A DNA stretch of 64,000 nt from an uncultured bacterium (GCA_942493055.1 OW818680.1:4038406-4102405), one strand, 5' to 3'; shown: positions 53,385 to 63,368, counted from the first letter of the stretch. Made by a program: numbers and translations. Notes: generated from the letters alone by a model not told the origin.

Positions 53385-55279
53385 TGAGCGTTTCCTTTGA
53401 GGGTTGACATCTCCAGTGGTTCTGCAAGTTGACAGATGTCGAAGATTTTTTTGACATGCGCGTACTTCATGCGAATCAGCCCGTCGATCTGGCTGTAGTA
53501 AACCGGGATGGCCACGATGACCACCGGGATGTCCTCGGTCTGGATGATGTCCGGGAAGTGGATGCGCTTGCCGTAGAGATCCATCATGGATTTCGTTCCC
53601 GAGATGTCAACGGGGTAGACGTTCGGGTCATGCAGGACCTCGGAATGCTTAAACAGGTCGGCGGTGTGGTAGTTGATTCCCCAGACAGCAACTTTGCCAT
53701 GCGTCTCAAGCAGTCGGGTGATGTTGTCGTCGATGTTTGTCCGGATCACGTCGGGCAGGACGATGTTGTAGCGCTGTCCGCACGCCTTGCAGCCCAGGAA
53801 GTTCGTGGTGAACAGCTTGATGTTGTCCCAGCGGTTCGCATGGCGGCAGGCGGTGCAGGTGCCCGAAACGGAGATGCGCCCCATTTTGCAGTCGATGCTG
53901 TTGACCTCCACGGTGGACATCACCTTCGCCAGCGTCATCGGCGCCTCCATGATGTTCCGGATGAGAATCGCAAACTCTTCGTCGGTCAACTTGGAAACCT
54001 TGATCTGAGGGCAGCCGTCCTTGAGGAACTGGACCTTGTCTTTGATGATCCCCTTTTCACAGGCATACTTGTACAGATACGAGCCCGGATAGACGGTGAT
54101 GAGGTTCAGGTTGATTTTGTACTCGGCGTGGGCCCGCCACCAGTTGAGCGTATTGTTGGCAGTCTCCCAGGTCTCCTCGATATCGCCGAAGATGAAGGCC
54201 CCTTCCATGGAGATGCCGGCGTCATAAACCATCTTCAGCGTGCTTTCGATCTGCTCGACCGTTGTATGCTTCCGCATGCTCTTCAGGATGCGATTGTCCG
54301 CGCTTTCGAGGCCGAACGACATGACGTCGCAGCCGCCCTCTTTCAGGATGGTCAGCAGTTCAGGGGTCATGCAGTCGACACGGAACTGGGCCCACCAGCG
54401 CACATTGTACTTTTTGATCCGCTCACAGAACTCCTTGACGCGTTGAATGTTGTTGGAGAAGAGTTCATCAGCCAGGCAGATGTAGTGGATGTCGAATTTG
54501 GCTACCATGTAATCGAGTTCGGCGAAGAAGCTGTCGAGCGACCGCTGCCGGTATTTGTTGCCGACCGTGTGGAAGCAGAAGGTGCAGTTATAGGGACATG
54601 AGCGGCTGGCGATCATGAAAACCGTGTTCTTCCGGTTGAGTCCGCTGATGCTGGGGGAGGAGTCGAAAAATGCTTTCAGGTCGAACCCTTCATAGTCCGG
54701 CCAGGCAAGCTCATCGAGATTCCGTATTTCCTTGCGCGGGGGTGTCGTGTGCCAGGCCGAAGCGGGCGTGCGATAGATCAGCCCCTCGACCGTCGCCGGA
54801 TCACCTCCGGTCTCCAGGATCCGGCAGAGTTCAACGGCAGTGATCTCGCCTTCGCCGACGACGCCGTAATCCGCGTATGCGAGGGCCGTCATCGCGGGCT
54901 CGGGATCGCTTGTGATGATGCCGCCCCCTACGATGGTAATCACTTCAGGCTTCGCGCGCTTGCTGGCTTCGATCACACTGCGCAACGTGCTGTATTGGAA
55001 GGAGAGCCCGCCTGTTGCAACAACATCGATGTCGCGCGTCTTAATTTCGTGGCAGAGGATGTCAGCGACTTCGCCATCCCGGTGGTTCAGGTTGAGCGCT
55101 GTGACGTTGAAGCCCGCCTTCTTTAGCGCAGCCGAGACATAGGCGATGCCGAGCGGGAAGGAGTAGCCGTCTCCGACATTTTGAACCAGGCGGGGCATGA
55201 CCAGCAGAAAATTAAGTTTTTTGGGAGTGGTGACCGAAGGTGTGCTCATGGGTTCCTTTTTTTCGTGCAGGGCGTTCAA
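53381..55279 (-). CDS. Cobalamin (B12)-binding radical SAM enzyme (class B-like) with an extra C-terminal zinc-ribbon domain
   Basis: N-terminal B12-binding Rossmann (LLVMPRL...GIAYVSAALKKAGFNV...VVATGG). SRSCPYNCTFC is the radical-SAM motif. C-terminal CTACRH...CKAC. Confidence 0.8.
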   Translation of the reverse strand: MNALHEKKEPMSTPSVTTPKKLNFLLVMPRLVQNVGDGYSFPLGIAYVSAALKKAGFNVTALNLNHRDGEVADILCHEIKTRDIDVVATGGLSFQYSTLRSVIEASKRAKPEVITIVGGGIITSDPEPAMTALAYADYGVVGEGEITAVELCRILETGGDPATVEGLIYRTPASAWHTTPPRKEIRNLDELAWPDYEGFDLKAFFDSSPSISGLNRKNTVFMIASRSCPYNCTFCFHTVGNKYRQRSLDSFFAELDYMVAKFDIHYICLADELFSNNIQRVKEFCERIKKYNVRWWAQFRVDCMTPELLTILKEGGCDVMSFGLESADNRILKSMRKHTTVEQIESTLKMVYDAGISMEGAFIFGDIEETWETANNTLNWWRAHAEYKINLNLITVYPGSYLYKYACEKGIIKDKVQFLKDGCPQIKVSKLTDEEFAILIRNIMEAPMTLAKVMSTVEVNSIDCKMGRISVSGTCTACRHANRWDNIKLFTTNFLGCKACGQRYNIVLPDVIRTNIDDNITRLLETHGKVAVWGINYHTADLFKHSEVLHDPNVYPVDISGTKSMMDLYGKRIHFPDIIQTEDIPVVIVAIPVYYSQIDGLIRMKYAHVKKIFDICQLAEPLEMSTLKGNAQ

Positions 55280-56412
55280 ACGGCCTCCAAACCGGAGTCG
55301 CGCAAAATAGCGATCGCCATGCGCGAACCGAATTTCTTGCGAATGATGGCGGCGACCTCATCAGAGTAGGCAGCGGCCATGACAATGATTGCCGCGACGG
55401 GGTCTGTGGCGAGCGTGTCAGGCGCGACAATCGGGATGTGCGTGGAAGGCGTGTAGCGTCCCTGCTTGAACGGTGCGGAGTCCACCACATACTTGATTGA
55501 GTCGCCCAGGTCCGCCAAGGCCAGGACAGCGAGCGCCTGATGGCCGGCACCCCACACAGCGACATTCTTGCTTCCATGGGTTGCCACGAAGCGGGCCAGC
55601 TCGCTTTTAAGGTGAGCTTGTTGGCTACGGAAGGCCGACAAGTCAGTGGGCGTGCGCTTGCGGACCACGGATGAAATAATGTAGTCGTGCCAGATCGCCT
55701 GTGTTTCGATGACCTCGAAGCCATTGCGCTCCAAGAGGGCGTTGAGGGTCTCGCGGGTAAAGTAGAAGAGGTGGTCGCCGATGAATTCGGAGAAGAGGTT
55801 TTTCTTGAGCATCATGTCGAAGTTCGGGACCTCAATCAGTCCTACCGCGTGCTCCGCAAGGTTTGCGTGAATGCCCTGCAAGGTCGCGTTCGGGTTGCAC
55901 AGGTGCTCCAGAAAATTCATGATGAAGAAACCGTCAAAAGGCGCGTTGACGAGTTGGACAGCAGGACTTTCAACGAAGACCTGCTCAACGTTCAGGCCGG
56001 CCTTGACGCAGTGTGCTGCGGAGTCCTCGCCGAACTCGGTGCCATAAACAGCAGCGCCTGCCTGTTGCATGAGCGAGAGGTATTCGCCCTTGCCACAACC
56101 GATTTCCATGACCTTTTTTCCTTTTAGACCGTAACCCTCCACGAAAGCCTTGAACTGTACCTTTCGGAACTCGCCCATCTCTGGTGAAAAGGCCGCTGCG
56201 CGGATCACTTCTCGCCAATAGGGGACAGGGTCACTGTTCAGTTGCACGAGTCCGCACAGCGAACACTGGCAGATCTCGAGGTCGCAGCCTCGGTCGGCTG
56301 CGACTGTGGTGGCGTCAGGCAGGTGCTGTGCCGCTTTGGGCATATTCGAGTAGGTGAGCAGCGGTTCACTGAAGAACCCGCCTCCACAGACTCGGCATAA
56401 GTTTACAGGCAT
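55276..56412 (-). CDS. Sugar C-methyltransferase-like SAM methyltransferase (N-terminal Zn-ribbon, class I MTase core, C-terminal C-methyltransferase domain)
   Basis: CRVCGGG...CSLCGLVQL is the zinc-ribbon. VMEIGCGKGEYL is motif I. C-terminal VAVWGAGHQ Rossmann-like domain typical of TylCIII-type enzymes. Confidence 0.75.
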   Translation of the reverse strand: MPVNLCRVCGGGFFSEPLLTYSNMPKAAQHLPDATTVAADRGCDLEICQCSLCGLVQLNSDPVPYWREVIRAAAFSPEMGEFRKVQFKAFVEGYGLKGKKVMEIGCGKGEYLSLMQQAGAAVYGTEFGEDSAAHCVKAGLNVEQVFVESPAVQLVNAPFDGFFIMNFLEHLCNPNATLQGIHANLAEHAVGLIEVPNFDMMLKKNLFSEFIGDHLFYFTRETLNALLERNGFEVIETQAIWHDYIISSVVRKRTPTDLSAFRSQQAHLKSELARFVATHGSKNVAVWGAGHQALAVLALADLGDSIKYVVDSAPFKQGRYTPSTHIPIVAPDTLATDPVAAIIVMAAAYSDEVAAIIRKKFGSRMAIAILRDSGLEAV

Positions 56413-56963
56413 AAAGGAGTCCTCCTGGTTTGTGTACGTTTCAACAGCTCTTTAAACGCAGGGTTGGTGCAGATATACGGACGATAGATTTCATGGACGG
56501 GCAGCAAGGTGTCAGGACAGTGGGTGTGCCATTGGAGAAAGCCTGTCGTGGTAGGGGTCAGGCCAGTGTTGACGGGGATGAAACTTTCAGGCAGCGAGCA
56601 TGCATACAGAAAAGAGATGAAGTGCGAGCGCGACTTCTGCTCGGGAAGGATGATTTGGTGAAGTGCGATGGGGGTTGGGTCAAACTCAACCGGTGTCCCA
56701 AGTTCCGTGGCGGCTACTTTCAAAAGTCGTTGCTCGAAGGTTTCTCTGAACCGGATGATGCCGCCGGGGATGTGCCAGCCCTGGCCGGAAAAGGCGTCGT
56801 TGCGCCAGGACAGCAAGGTGCGTCCGTTGCTGTCTCGCACGAGCAGATCGACATTCACCATGGGCGTGATGCGGCTTGCAAAGAGGAAAACCTCCTCAGG
56901 GAGACCCACGGTAGGGTCAACAATCTGTTGCTCGAGAAAAGAGATAGCATCAGGGATGGTCAT
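56403..56963 (-). CDS. NUDIX hydrolase (GDP-sugar hydrolase-like)
   Basis: NUDIX box GGIIRFRETFEQRLLKVAATELG. Confidence 0.65.
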   Translation of the reverse strand: MTIPDAISFLEQQIVDPTVGLPEEVFLFASRITPMVNVDLLVRDSNGRTLLSWRNDAFSGQGWHIPGGIIRFRETFEQRLLKVAATELGTPVEFDPTPIALHQIILPEQKSRSHFISFLYACSLPESFIPVNTGLTPTTTGFLQWHTHCPDTLLPVHEIYRPYICTNPAFKELLKRTQTRRTPLCL

Positions 56964-57832
56964 AGAAAGTCGGGGTTGAGCAGGTTTCGGTTCGCGTCAT
57001 GCCAGCGATAAACGGTTTCGATGGCTTTGGTGATCGGGGTGAACATGAAGCCGCCGAGTTCAGCGAGCAGGCGCGAGTTGTCGCCGCTGTACTCGATACC
57101 GAGGCCTGGGGTCTTGGCGATAATGTCGAGCTGCTTTCCAGAAGTCTGGAGCACCACGCGCGCGAGATTCGTGAAGGCATGCGCGTGACCGGAGCAGACG
57201 TTGTAGGTGTGATGCTGGGGCGAGGCGGTGAGGAACCAGCGCACAATGCGGGCGAGGTCGCCCACGTACAGGTGGTCGAACCGGCGATTCTGGTTCATCA
57301 CAAGCGGCTGGTCCAGCACGGCCCTGCAGCAGGCGTTGGAGAGAAAGCGCGTCCGCCAGTCATCATCCGGGCCGAAGAGGCCGAAGAGTCGCAGGTTGTA
57401 GATCTTCGCCGAGGCTTGCGCATGAAGGTTCATGAGGTACTTCGAGAAACCATACGGGTCGTGCGGGACGTGGCTGTCGAAATAGCTCTCCGGCATTTTG
57501 GGGATCCAGTGCGGCCGACTGAACTCGGCTCCGGAGCCGAAATAGAGCATGCGTCCGAAGTGTCCCTGGCAGCGGGCGATATGGAAGAACATCTTGAGGT
57601 TGTTTTCGAGCACCAGGCCCGGGTTCTTGGTGGAGTGCTTGGGCGCGGCGTCGTAGGTGGCTGCGTGGATGACGACATCATACTTGTGGACGCGGAGCCG
57701 GTCTTCGACGCGGGCGGAGTCGAGGAGGTCAAGCGTGGCGCGGCCCAAACAATCGACCGCATGGTCGGCCTTGAGGTGCTCCAGCAGATTGCGGGCGATG
57801 AAGCCGTTGCCGCCTGTGATAAGAATTTTCAT
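56960..57832 (-). CDS. NAD(P)-dependent sugar epimerase/reductase (extended SDR)
   Basis: MKILITGGNGFIARNL is the glycine-rich NAD site. Confidence 0.8.
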   Translation of the reverse strand: MKILITGGNGFIARNLLEHLKADHAVDCLGRATLDLLDSARVEDRLRVHKYDVVIHAATYDAAPKHSTKNPGLVLENNLKMFFHIARCQGHFGRMLYFGSGAEFSRPHWIPKMPESYFDSHVPHDPYGFSKYLMNLHAQASAKIYNLRLFGLFGPDDDWRTRFLSNACCRAVLDQPLVMNQNRRFDHLYVGDLARIVRWFLTASPQHHTYNVCSGHAHAFTNLARVVLQTSGKQLDIIAKTPGLGIEYSGDNSRLLAELGGFMFTPITKAIETVYRWHDANRNLLNPDFL

Positions 57833-57835
57833 AGT

Positions 57836-59644
57836 TTATTCGGGGAGCGGTGGAATGATCATGTTCGCGCGGAACTCGTCGCGGTCCAGGAAGGGCCAGA
57901 GGTCTTCGAGGGGTTTCGAGGCCATGCTGCCGTCCTTCCGCTGATAGGACGAGAGCTTCGGGCTGGTCGGCTGATTCTTTGGGACGACTACATCGCAGAT
58001 GCACGGTCCGGGGGCGGCCAAAATCTCGCGGATCTTCTCCCGGAGGCCGTCATTACTGACCAGTCTGCAGGTTGGAAGTTTGTAGGCGGTTGCAATCTGG
58101 CAGGAGTCCGGAAGCGTGAGTCCGCTCTCCGGGTCGCTGGCCACAAAGTGGCCGTTGAAAAAATTCTGCTGGGAGCCTCGGATTGAGCCATAGCCCTGGT
58201 TGTTGAGGACGAAGAGCTTGACCGGCAATTGAAAGCGGTGCAGCAGTTCGAGTTCTTGAATGTTCATCTGGAACCCGCCGTCGCCGTCGATACACACGGT
58301 GCGATGGTTGTGAGCTGCGATACATCCGCCGATTGCAGCGGGGAGGCCAAAGCCCATGGGCCCCAAACCTTCGGTGTTGAAGACGCGTTGCCCCAGCTTG
58401 ACCTTGAACGCCTGCATGGTCAACTCGCTGCACTGTCCCGAACTGCCGGGGATGAGCAGGTCTTCAGCGGTCATCTCGCCGGAAATGGCATCCATGAGGG
58501 CATAGAGATCGACCGCGTCGGTCCGGTTCCAGTGCTCTTTTGTGATGAGCGGATACTGTGTCTGCCAAGCCCTTACGCGCGCGCGCCATTCCGAAGGGTC
58601 TGGCATGGATGCGCCCGCGAGTTGATTCAACATCTCGCTGAGAAAAAGACGCGCGTCGCTGGCAATCTTTTCGGCAATCGGCATCTCCATTTTATTGATT
58701 TCCGCTGCATCGATATCGACCATGATCTTCTGAGCGCCACGGGCAAAGTTCGGATGGTTGTAACCGGTCTGGCCGTGATCGAGTCGGGCGCCGATCACGA
58801 GGAGCGCATCCGCGTTCTGCTGTGTAAAATTGGCTGCGCGTTGGCCGATCGCGCCGGGACGGCCCGCGTAGAGGGGATCATCGTCTGCGAGGAAGTCAAT
58901 CGCCTTCCAGGTCAGGAGGACCGGAATATTCAGCTTTCGGATCACGGCGTTGAATTCGGGCAGGGCAGTCGCGAGCCGGACGCCATTGCCTGCGAGCAGG
59001 ACCGGGCGTTGGGCAGTGCGCAGGATCTCAAGCGTGCGACGGACCTGCTCCTTGAGGCGCTGCGCGTTGACGCTGGGCAAGAGGCCTTCCTTGCCGGGGT
59101 CAAAGCGTTCCAATGTCTGCACGTCGATGGTGGCGGCTTGGACATCGAGCGGGATATCGATCCAGACCGGACCTGGGCGGCCGGTGCGGGCGAGATAGAC
59201 CGCCTTCTCCAGATGGTAGCGGATCGTGAGCGGGTCGTGTACAAGGATGGCGTATTTGGTGATGGGCTTGACCAGGTCGATGATGGGAATTTCCTGAAAG
59301 CCCATCTGGCGCACCCCTTTGCCAGTCGAGAGATCTGCGCGTTTCACTTGTCCCGAGAGCATGAGCAGGGGCGTGGAGTCAAGCCAGGCGCCTGCGACAC
59401 CGGTGATGGCGTTGGTTCCGCCCGGCCCTGTCGTGACGAGGGCGACGCCGAGGTGGCTGGTGCATTGGGAGTAAGCATCCGCGGCGATGGCTGCGCCCTG
59501 CTCGTGAAGGTTGCAGATGAATTGGAGTCTGCGTTCAGACCCCAGGGATTCCACCAGGTGCATGCAGCCGCCACCGGGGAGCATAAACACGTGCCGGACA
59601 CCTTGGTCGGCGACGAACTGCATCACATAATCAGAAAGTTTCAT
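57836..59644 (-). CDS. Thiamine-diphosphate-dependent enzyme of the acetolactate-synthase family (YerE-like branched-sugar synthase candidate)
   Basis: N-terminal Pyr domain (VFMLPGGGCMHLVESL...LHEQGAAIAADAY). C-terminal PP domain (GSSGQ...DGDGGFQMNIQEL). Confidence 0.8.
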   Translation of the reverse strand: MKLSDYVMQFVADQGVRHVFMLPGGGCMHLVESLGSERRLQFICNLHEQGAAIAADAYSQCTSHLGVALVTTGPGGTNAITGVAGAWLDSTPLLMLSGQVKRADLSTGKGVRQMGFQEIPIIDLVKPITKYAILVHDPLTIRYHLEKAVYLARTGRPGPVWIDIPLDVQAATIDVQTLERFDPGKEGLLPSVNAQRLKEQVRRTLEILRTAQRPVLLAGNGVRLATALPEFNAVIRKLNIPVLLTWKAIDFLADDDPLYAGRPGAIGQRAANFTQQNADALLVIGARLDHGQTGYNHPNFARGAQKIMVDIDAAEINKMEMPIAEKIASDARLFLSEMLNQLAGASMPDPSEWRARVRAWQTQYPLITKEHWNRTDAVDLYALMDAISGEMTAEDLLIPGSSGQCSELTMQAFKVKLGQRVFNTEGLGPMGFGLPAAIGGCIAAHNHRTVCIDGDGGFQMNIQELELLHRFQLPVKLFVLNNQGYGSIRGSQQNFFNGHFVASDPESGLTLPDSCQIATAYKLPTCRLVSNDGLREKIREILAAPGPCICDVVVPKNQPTSPKLSSYQRKDGSMASKPLEDLWPFLDRDEFRANMIIPPLPE

Positions 59645-59656
59645 GGTCGTGTTCTT

Positions 59657-60235
59657 TTAGAGGTGAGGCGCGGAGACGAGGTCCGTCAGGCGCGAAAGGA
59701 GGTCTTGGACCGAGGCGTCCCTCGCCGTGTTCCAAGGCTGGGGGTAGAGGAAGGCCGTGAGGCCGAGTTGCTGAGCGTCAAGCGCATTGGCTTCGCTGTC
59801 CTCGACGAGCACGTCAATGGTGCCGCAGCGTGCGAGAAACTGACCTTTGGTCGTGTCGTACGGCGGGTGGCTATCAAAGGGTCGCGGGGAGGGGACAAAG
59901 GTAAACGACCTGATCCAGTCGCCAAAATGTGTAAAGGTCCAAGAGGCTGAAACAGAGGCGAAGGCGCGCGGCACAGCGGACAAGGCCACATGGCGGGCGC
60001 GGTCGCCGTGCTGTCGGAACCACTCCAGAACAGCGGCGTTGGGTTGCAACGCGGCATAACGCGTGGCTCGGAATACATCGAGCGAGGCGAGGTACTGGTC
60101 GAGTGAGAGGCCCACCAGTCCGTCCGGCGGATTACGGATAAGCGAACGATAACTGGGAGGGCCCGGCTGTGTGGCAAGCCAGGACTCAGTCAGATTATTC
60201 AAGACGTCATCAATATCCCAGGCGATTGTGATCAT
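59657..60235 (-). CDS. HAD-superfamily phosphatase
   Basis: MITIAWDIDDVL is HAD motif I (DxD). Confidence 0.6.
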   Translation of the reverse strand: MITIAWDIDDVLNNLTESWLATQPGPPSYRSLIRNPPDGLVGLSLDQYLASLDVFRATRYAALQPNAAVLEWFRQHGDRARHVALSAVPRAFASVSASWTFTHFGDWIRSFTFVPSPRPFDSHPPYDTTKGQFLARCGTIDVLVEDSEANALDAQQLGLTAFLYPQPWNTARDASVQDLLSRLTDLVSAPHL

Positions 60236-60242
60236 GGCAAAT

Positions 60243-61769
60243 CTACGAGATCGACTTCTTCAGCCAGTCGGCCCAGAAGGTCATTTCAGTTTTCCGGTGG
60301 GTGTTCAGCGCGATAGAGGCGTCGTCGTAGTAGGAGTCGTTTGTGTAGTGGGTCGTGGAGACCTCTTCGAAGATAGCGCCTGTGGGTGACGAGAAACTAT
60401 GGGGTTTGCCACGCTCGACAGTGATGATGTCTCCTGACTGGCACGTTTGTGTCTGGCCATCAAGCGTGAGTTGCATCGTCCCGTAGAGGATGTGGAAGGT
60501 CTCCTCTTTGAGCTTATGCGCATGGCACGGATTTTCCTGCCCGGGGAGCAGGAGGATGATCTTCTTGCAGTACTCGCGATTGATGCAATTGATGATCGAG
60601 CAGCCCCAGCGCTCGAACTGGTCAAGACCATAGTGATGCGACAACTCCAGCGTGAGTTTATTACGCAAGGTGACTTTGCTCTCTTTCAGGAGCATCGCCA
60701 GTTTTTTGATGATGGCCAGAATGCGTTCGCGCTGGTCGACAATTTTCAGGTTATCGCGAAGAATGGGCGCATTCGGCTCAACAGGTTTGAGCAGCGTATA
60801 TTCCACGTACTTGGAGAGGTCATTCGCAAGGAGATGTCCAGGGATATTGGGGATGGCCAGGAAGGTCTCCTGCCGGGTCACCCGAGTGTCCGCAGCCAAG
60901 GCCTTCTGCGCGAAGACACCGCGTTTGAGGCCGATCAGATCAGCGGCTTCCTTTTCGGAGATCGCGCGACGTTGCTGTTTGACGCCGCACATGGCGAGCG
61001 TCTCTTGCACGGAGAGCAGCCAGGTGTGGAGCTGTTCCGGCGTCGAGGAGTATGGGTTGTTGGGCGCTGATGGCGTGGGCACCCCCACATGCCGTTCGAA
61101 AGCGGTTGCGCCTTTAGCAACGGCCACTTTGACGGCGTCCGCATTGGTAGGCTCCTCGTGTGTTGAGAAGCCGATCGCAATTTCGGCATAGCGTTCACGG
61201 AAGAAATCGAGTTGATTCAGCTCCAGCTCGTTGGCGGGGGTCGGGTAGGAGCCTACGCAGTGCATGAGGCATAAGGGCTTGTCGCGGTGTTCCAGGAAGG
61301 AGACGACGCGGTCGATATCATCTGTCGGCACGCCAGCAGTCGAGGCGACGACCGGAAGGTTGGTCTGCACAATGCGCTCTAAAAGGGGCCAGTCCGTGAA
61401 GGAGCAGCTCGCGATTTTGATGATGTCAAACCCTTGCTCTTCAATCAGGTCAACCGAGACTTCGTCAAAGGGCGTACAGGCGGTCAGAAACCCCAGTTTC
61501 TTGGCTTCCGCTTTGAGTGTCATGAACGCTTCAGGAGAAAGACGTGTCTCCTGGAATCGTTTGACATACTTGATGTCCTGCCGATTTTTGAAATCCGGAT
61601 GAATAAAGGTGTCGAGATTGCGGTATTGGAACTTGATGGCAAAGGTGAACGGGAAATCCTTGACCGCCTCATGGCATTGACGAATGATGGCAAGCCCATG
61701 GTTGAGATCGCCCATGTGGTTATTCGCCATTTCAAGAATAAACAGATTTGAGTAAGGGAAGGCAGACAT
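60243..61769 (-). CDS. NeuB-family nonulosonic/ulosonic acid synthase fused to SAF and C-terminal cupin domains
   Basis: ILEMANNHMGDL is the NeuB IAEIGxNHxG-like block. TIM-barrel length. C-terminal cupin-like GxxHxH region (PCHAHKLKEETFHILYG). Confidence 0.75.
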   Translation of the reverse strand: MSAFPYSNLFILEMANNHMGDLNHGLAIIRQCHEAVKDFPFTFAIKFQYRNLDTFIHPDFKNRQDIKYVKRFQETRLSPEAFMTLKAEAKKLGFLTACTPFDEVSVDLIEEQGFDIIKIASCSFTDWPLLERIVQTNLPVVASTAGVPTDDIDRVVSFLEHRDKPLCLMHCVGSYPTPANELELNQLDFFRERYAEIAIGFSTHEEPTNADAVKVAVAKGATAFERHVGVPTPSAPNNPYSSTPEQLHTWLLSVQETLAMCGVKQQRRAISEKEAADLIGLKRGVFAQKALAADTRVTRQETFLAIPNIPGHLLANDLSKYVEYTLLKPVEPNAPILRDNLKIVDQRERILAIIKKLAMLLKESKVTLRNKLTLELSHHYGLDQFERWGCSIINCINREYCKKIILLLPGQENPCHAHKLKEETFHILYGTMQLTLDGQTQTCQSGDIITVERGKPHSFSSPTGAIFEEVSTTHYTNDSYYDDASIALNTHRKTEMTFWADWLKKSIS

Positions 61770-62048
61770 GCTTAATTAACTCCTGAATTTACATCCAACA
61801 TACGAATCCATACGCATGAAGTGTGCCATATACGTCTGGTGAAGTCAAGGGACTCATTGTTTTCAAAAACCCGCCAGCCAGCTAAAGGGTCTGAAGGGTG
61901 GCGCTATATATGCGAGATGGTTAGTGGATGCGTTCATTTTTGATCGGACGCTGGCCACCTTTGCAAATCTCGATCATTTCGGTGATCTCAACGAAATGAT
62001 CCTCTACACGCTGACCGCTGACGAAACACGCGGTACGCGCCTTGAAGT

Positions 62049-63368
62049 CTAAAGGTTTTGAATGGTGGCGGTCATATAGGCGAGGTGGCGAGCGGTCATT
62101 CCTGGGTAGACGCCGATCCAGAGGCTCTGGTTCATAATGGTGTCGGTGTTGAGCAAGGGGGAGGCGATACGATAATCGGTGCCTTCGCACAGGGATTCAA
62201 AACAGGGATGGCGCGTGAGGTTGCCGGCAAAGAGATTTCGGGTCTGAATCTTGTTCTTTTCCAGATGCTCGGCGAACTGGTTGCGGGTGACGGGGGCATC
62301 GGGGGTCAGGGTCATCAGAAAGCCGAACCAGGAGGGCTCGGCGCCTGGCAGTGGCTGCTGCACGCGAAGCCAGGGGATATTCTTGACGCCCTCATGCAGG
62401 CTGGCGTAATTTTCCTTGCGCTTTTGGACAAAGGCGGGGAATTTCTCAAGCTGGGCGCAGCCGATGGCGGCTTGCAGGTCTGTGGCTTTCAGGTTGTAGC
62501 CGAAATGGCTGTAGACATACTTATGGTCGTAGCCGAAGGGGAGCGTCCCGAACTGGCCTGTGAAGCGGCAGCCGCAGGTATTGTCCTTGCCGCTGTCGCA
62601 CCAGCAGTCACGTCCCCAGTCGCGCAGGGAGAGCATGATCTTGTTCAGCAGGGGGTTGTCTGTATAAACCGCGCCGCCTTCGCCCATGGTGATGTGGTGC
62701 GGGGGGTAGAAGCTGGAGGTCCCGATATCGCCGAAGGTGCCGGTCAATTGGCCGGCGATGCGCGAACCCAGCGCATCGCAGTTGTCCTCGACGAGCCAGA
62801 GATTATGCCGGGTGCAAAAGGCCTTCACGGCTTGAACATCAAAAGGGTTGCCCAATGTGTGAGCAATCATCACGGCCTTTGTCTTGGGGGAGATGGCCTG
62901 TTCGAGTTGGCTCACAGCGATATTGGCCGTGTCGAGTTCAACGTCCACAAAGACCGGCACGGCGCCGTACTGGATGATCGGGGCGACGGTAGTCGGAAAG
63001 CCGCAGGCGATGGTGATGACTTCATCCCCGCGTTTAATCTGGCGCTCCTTGAGCAGGGGGGAGGTCAGGGCCATGAAGGCCAGCAGGTTAGCTGACGAGC
63101 CTGAGTTGACGAGCAGGGAGAAGCGCACGCCCAGATAATCGGAAAGCTGTTTTTCGAAGGCGCGGGAATAGTCCCCGTAGGTCAGCCAGAAGTCGAGCGA
63201 GGCCTCCACCAGGTTCGTCATCTCAGCCGCATCGAAAACGCGGCCCGCGTAATTCACGCGGGTCTCGCCTTCCACGAAAGGCTTGTGCTGCTGCGGGGCA
63301 TGGACGAGCTGATAATACTCCGCCACCTTGTTCAGAATTTCAGTTTTGAGTGTTTCTTTAGTGCTCAT
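62049..63368 (-). CDS. rfbH: CDP-6-deoxy-D-xylo-4-hexulose 3-dehydrase (E1, DdhC/RfbH) of the DegT/DnrJ/EryC1 PMP-dependent family
   Basis: Start at MSTKETLK. AAT-fold. Cys-rich CWCDSGKDNTCGC, typical of the E1 [2Fe-2S] site. Confidence 0.8.
   Translation of the reverse strand: MSTKETLKTEILNKVAEYYQLVHAPQQHKPFVEGETRVNYAGRVFDAAEMTNLVEASLDFWLTYGDYSRAFEKQLSDYLGVRFSLLVNSGSSANLLAFMALTSPLLKERQIKRGDEVITIACGFPTTVAPIIQYGAVPVFVDVELDTANIAVSQLEQAISPKTKAVMIAHTLGNPFDVQAVKAFCTRHNLWLVEDNCDALGSRIAGQLTGTFGDIGTSSFYPPHHITMGEGGAVYTDNPLLNKIMLSLRDWGRDCWCDSGKDNTCGCRFTGQFGTLPFGYDHKYVYSHFGYNLKATDLQAAIGCAQLEKFPAFVQKRKENYASLHEGVKNIPWLRVQQPLPGAEPSWFGFLMTLTPDAPVTRNQFAEHLEKNKIQTRNLFAGNLTRHPCFESLCEGTDYRIASPLLNTDTIMNQSLWIGVYPGMTARHLAYMTATIQNL

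Noticed and set aside
61770-62048. Possible small gene between rfbH and the NeuB-like gene (frame reading ...FVSGQRVEDHFVEITEMIEICKGGQRPIKNERIH*)
   Set aside because: There is no start codon with an RBS in that frame outside rfbH (only an 18-codon Met-initiated stretch). It is probably a gene remnant or non-coding.
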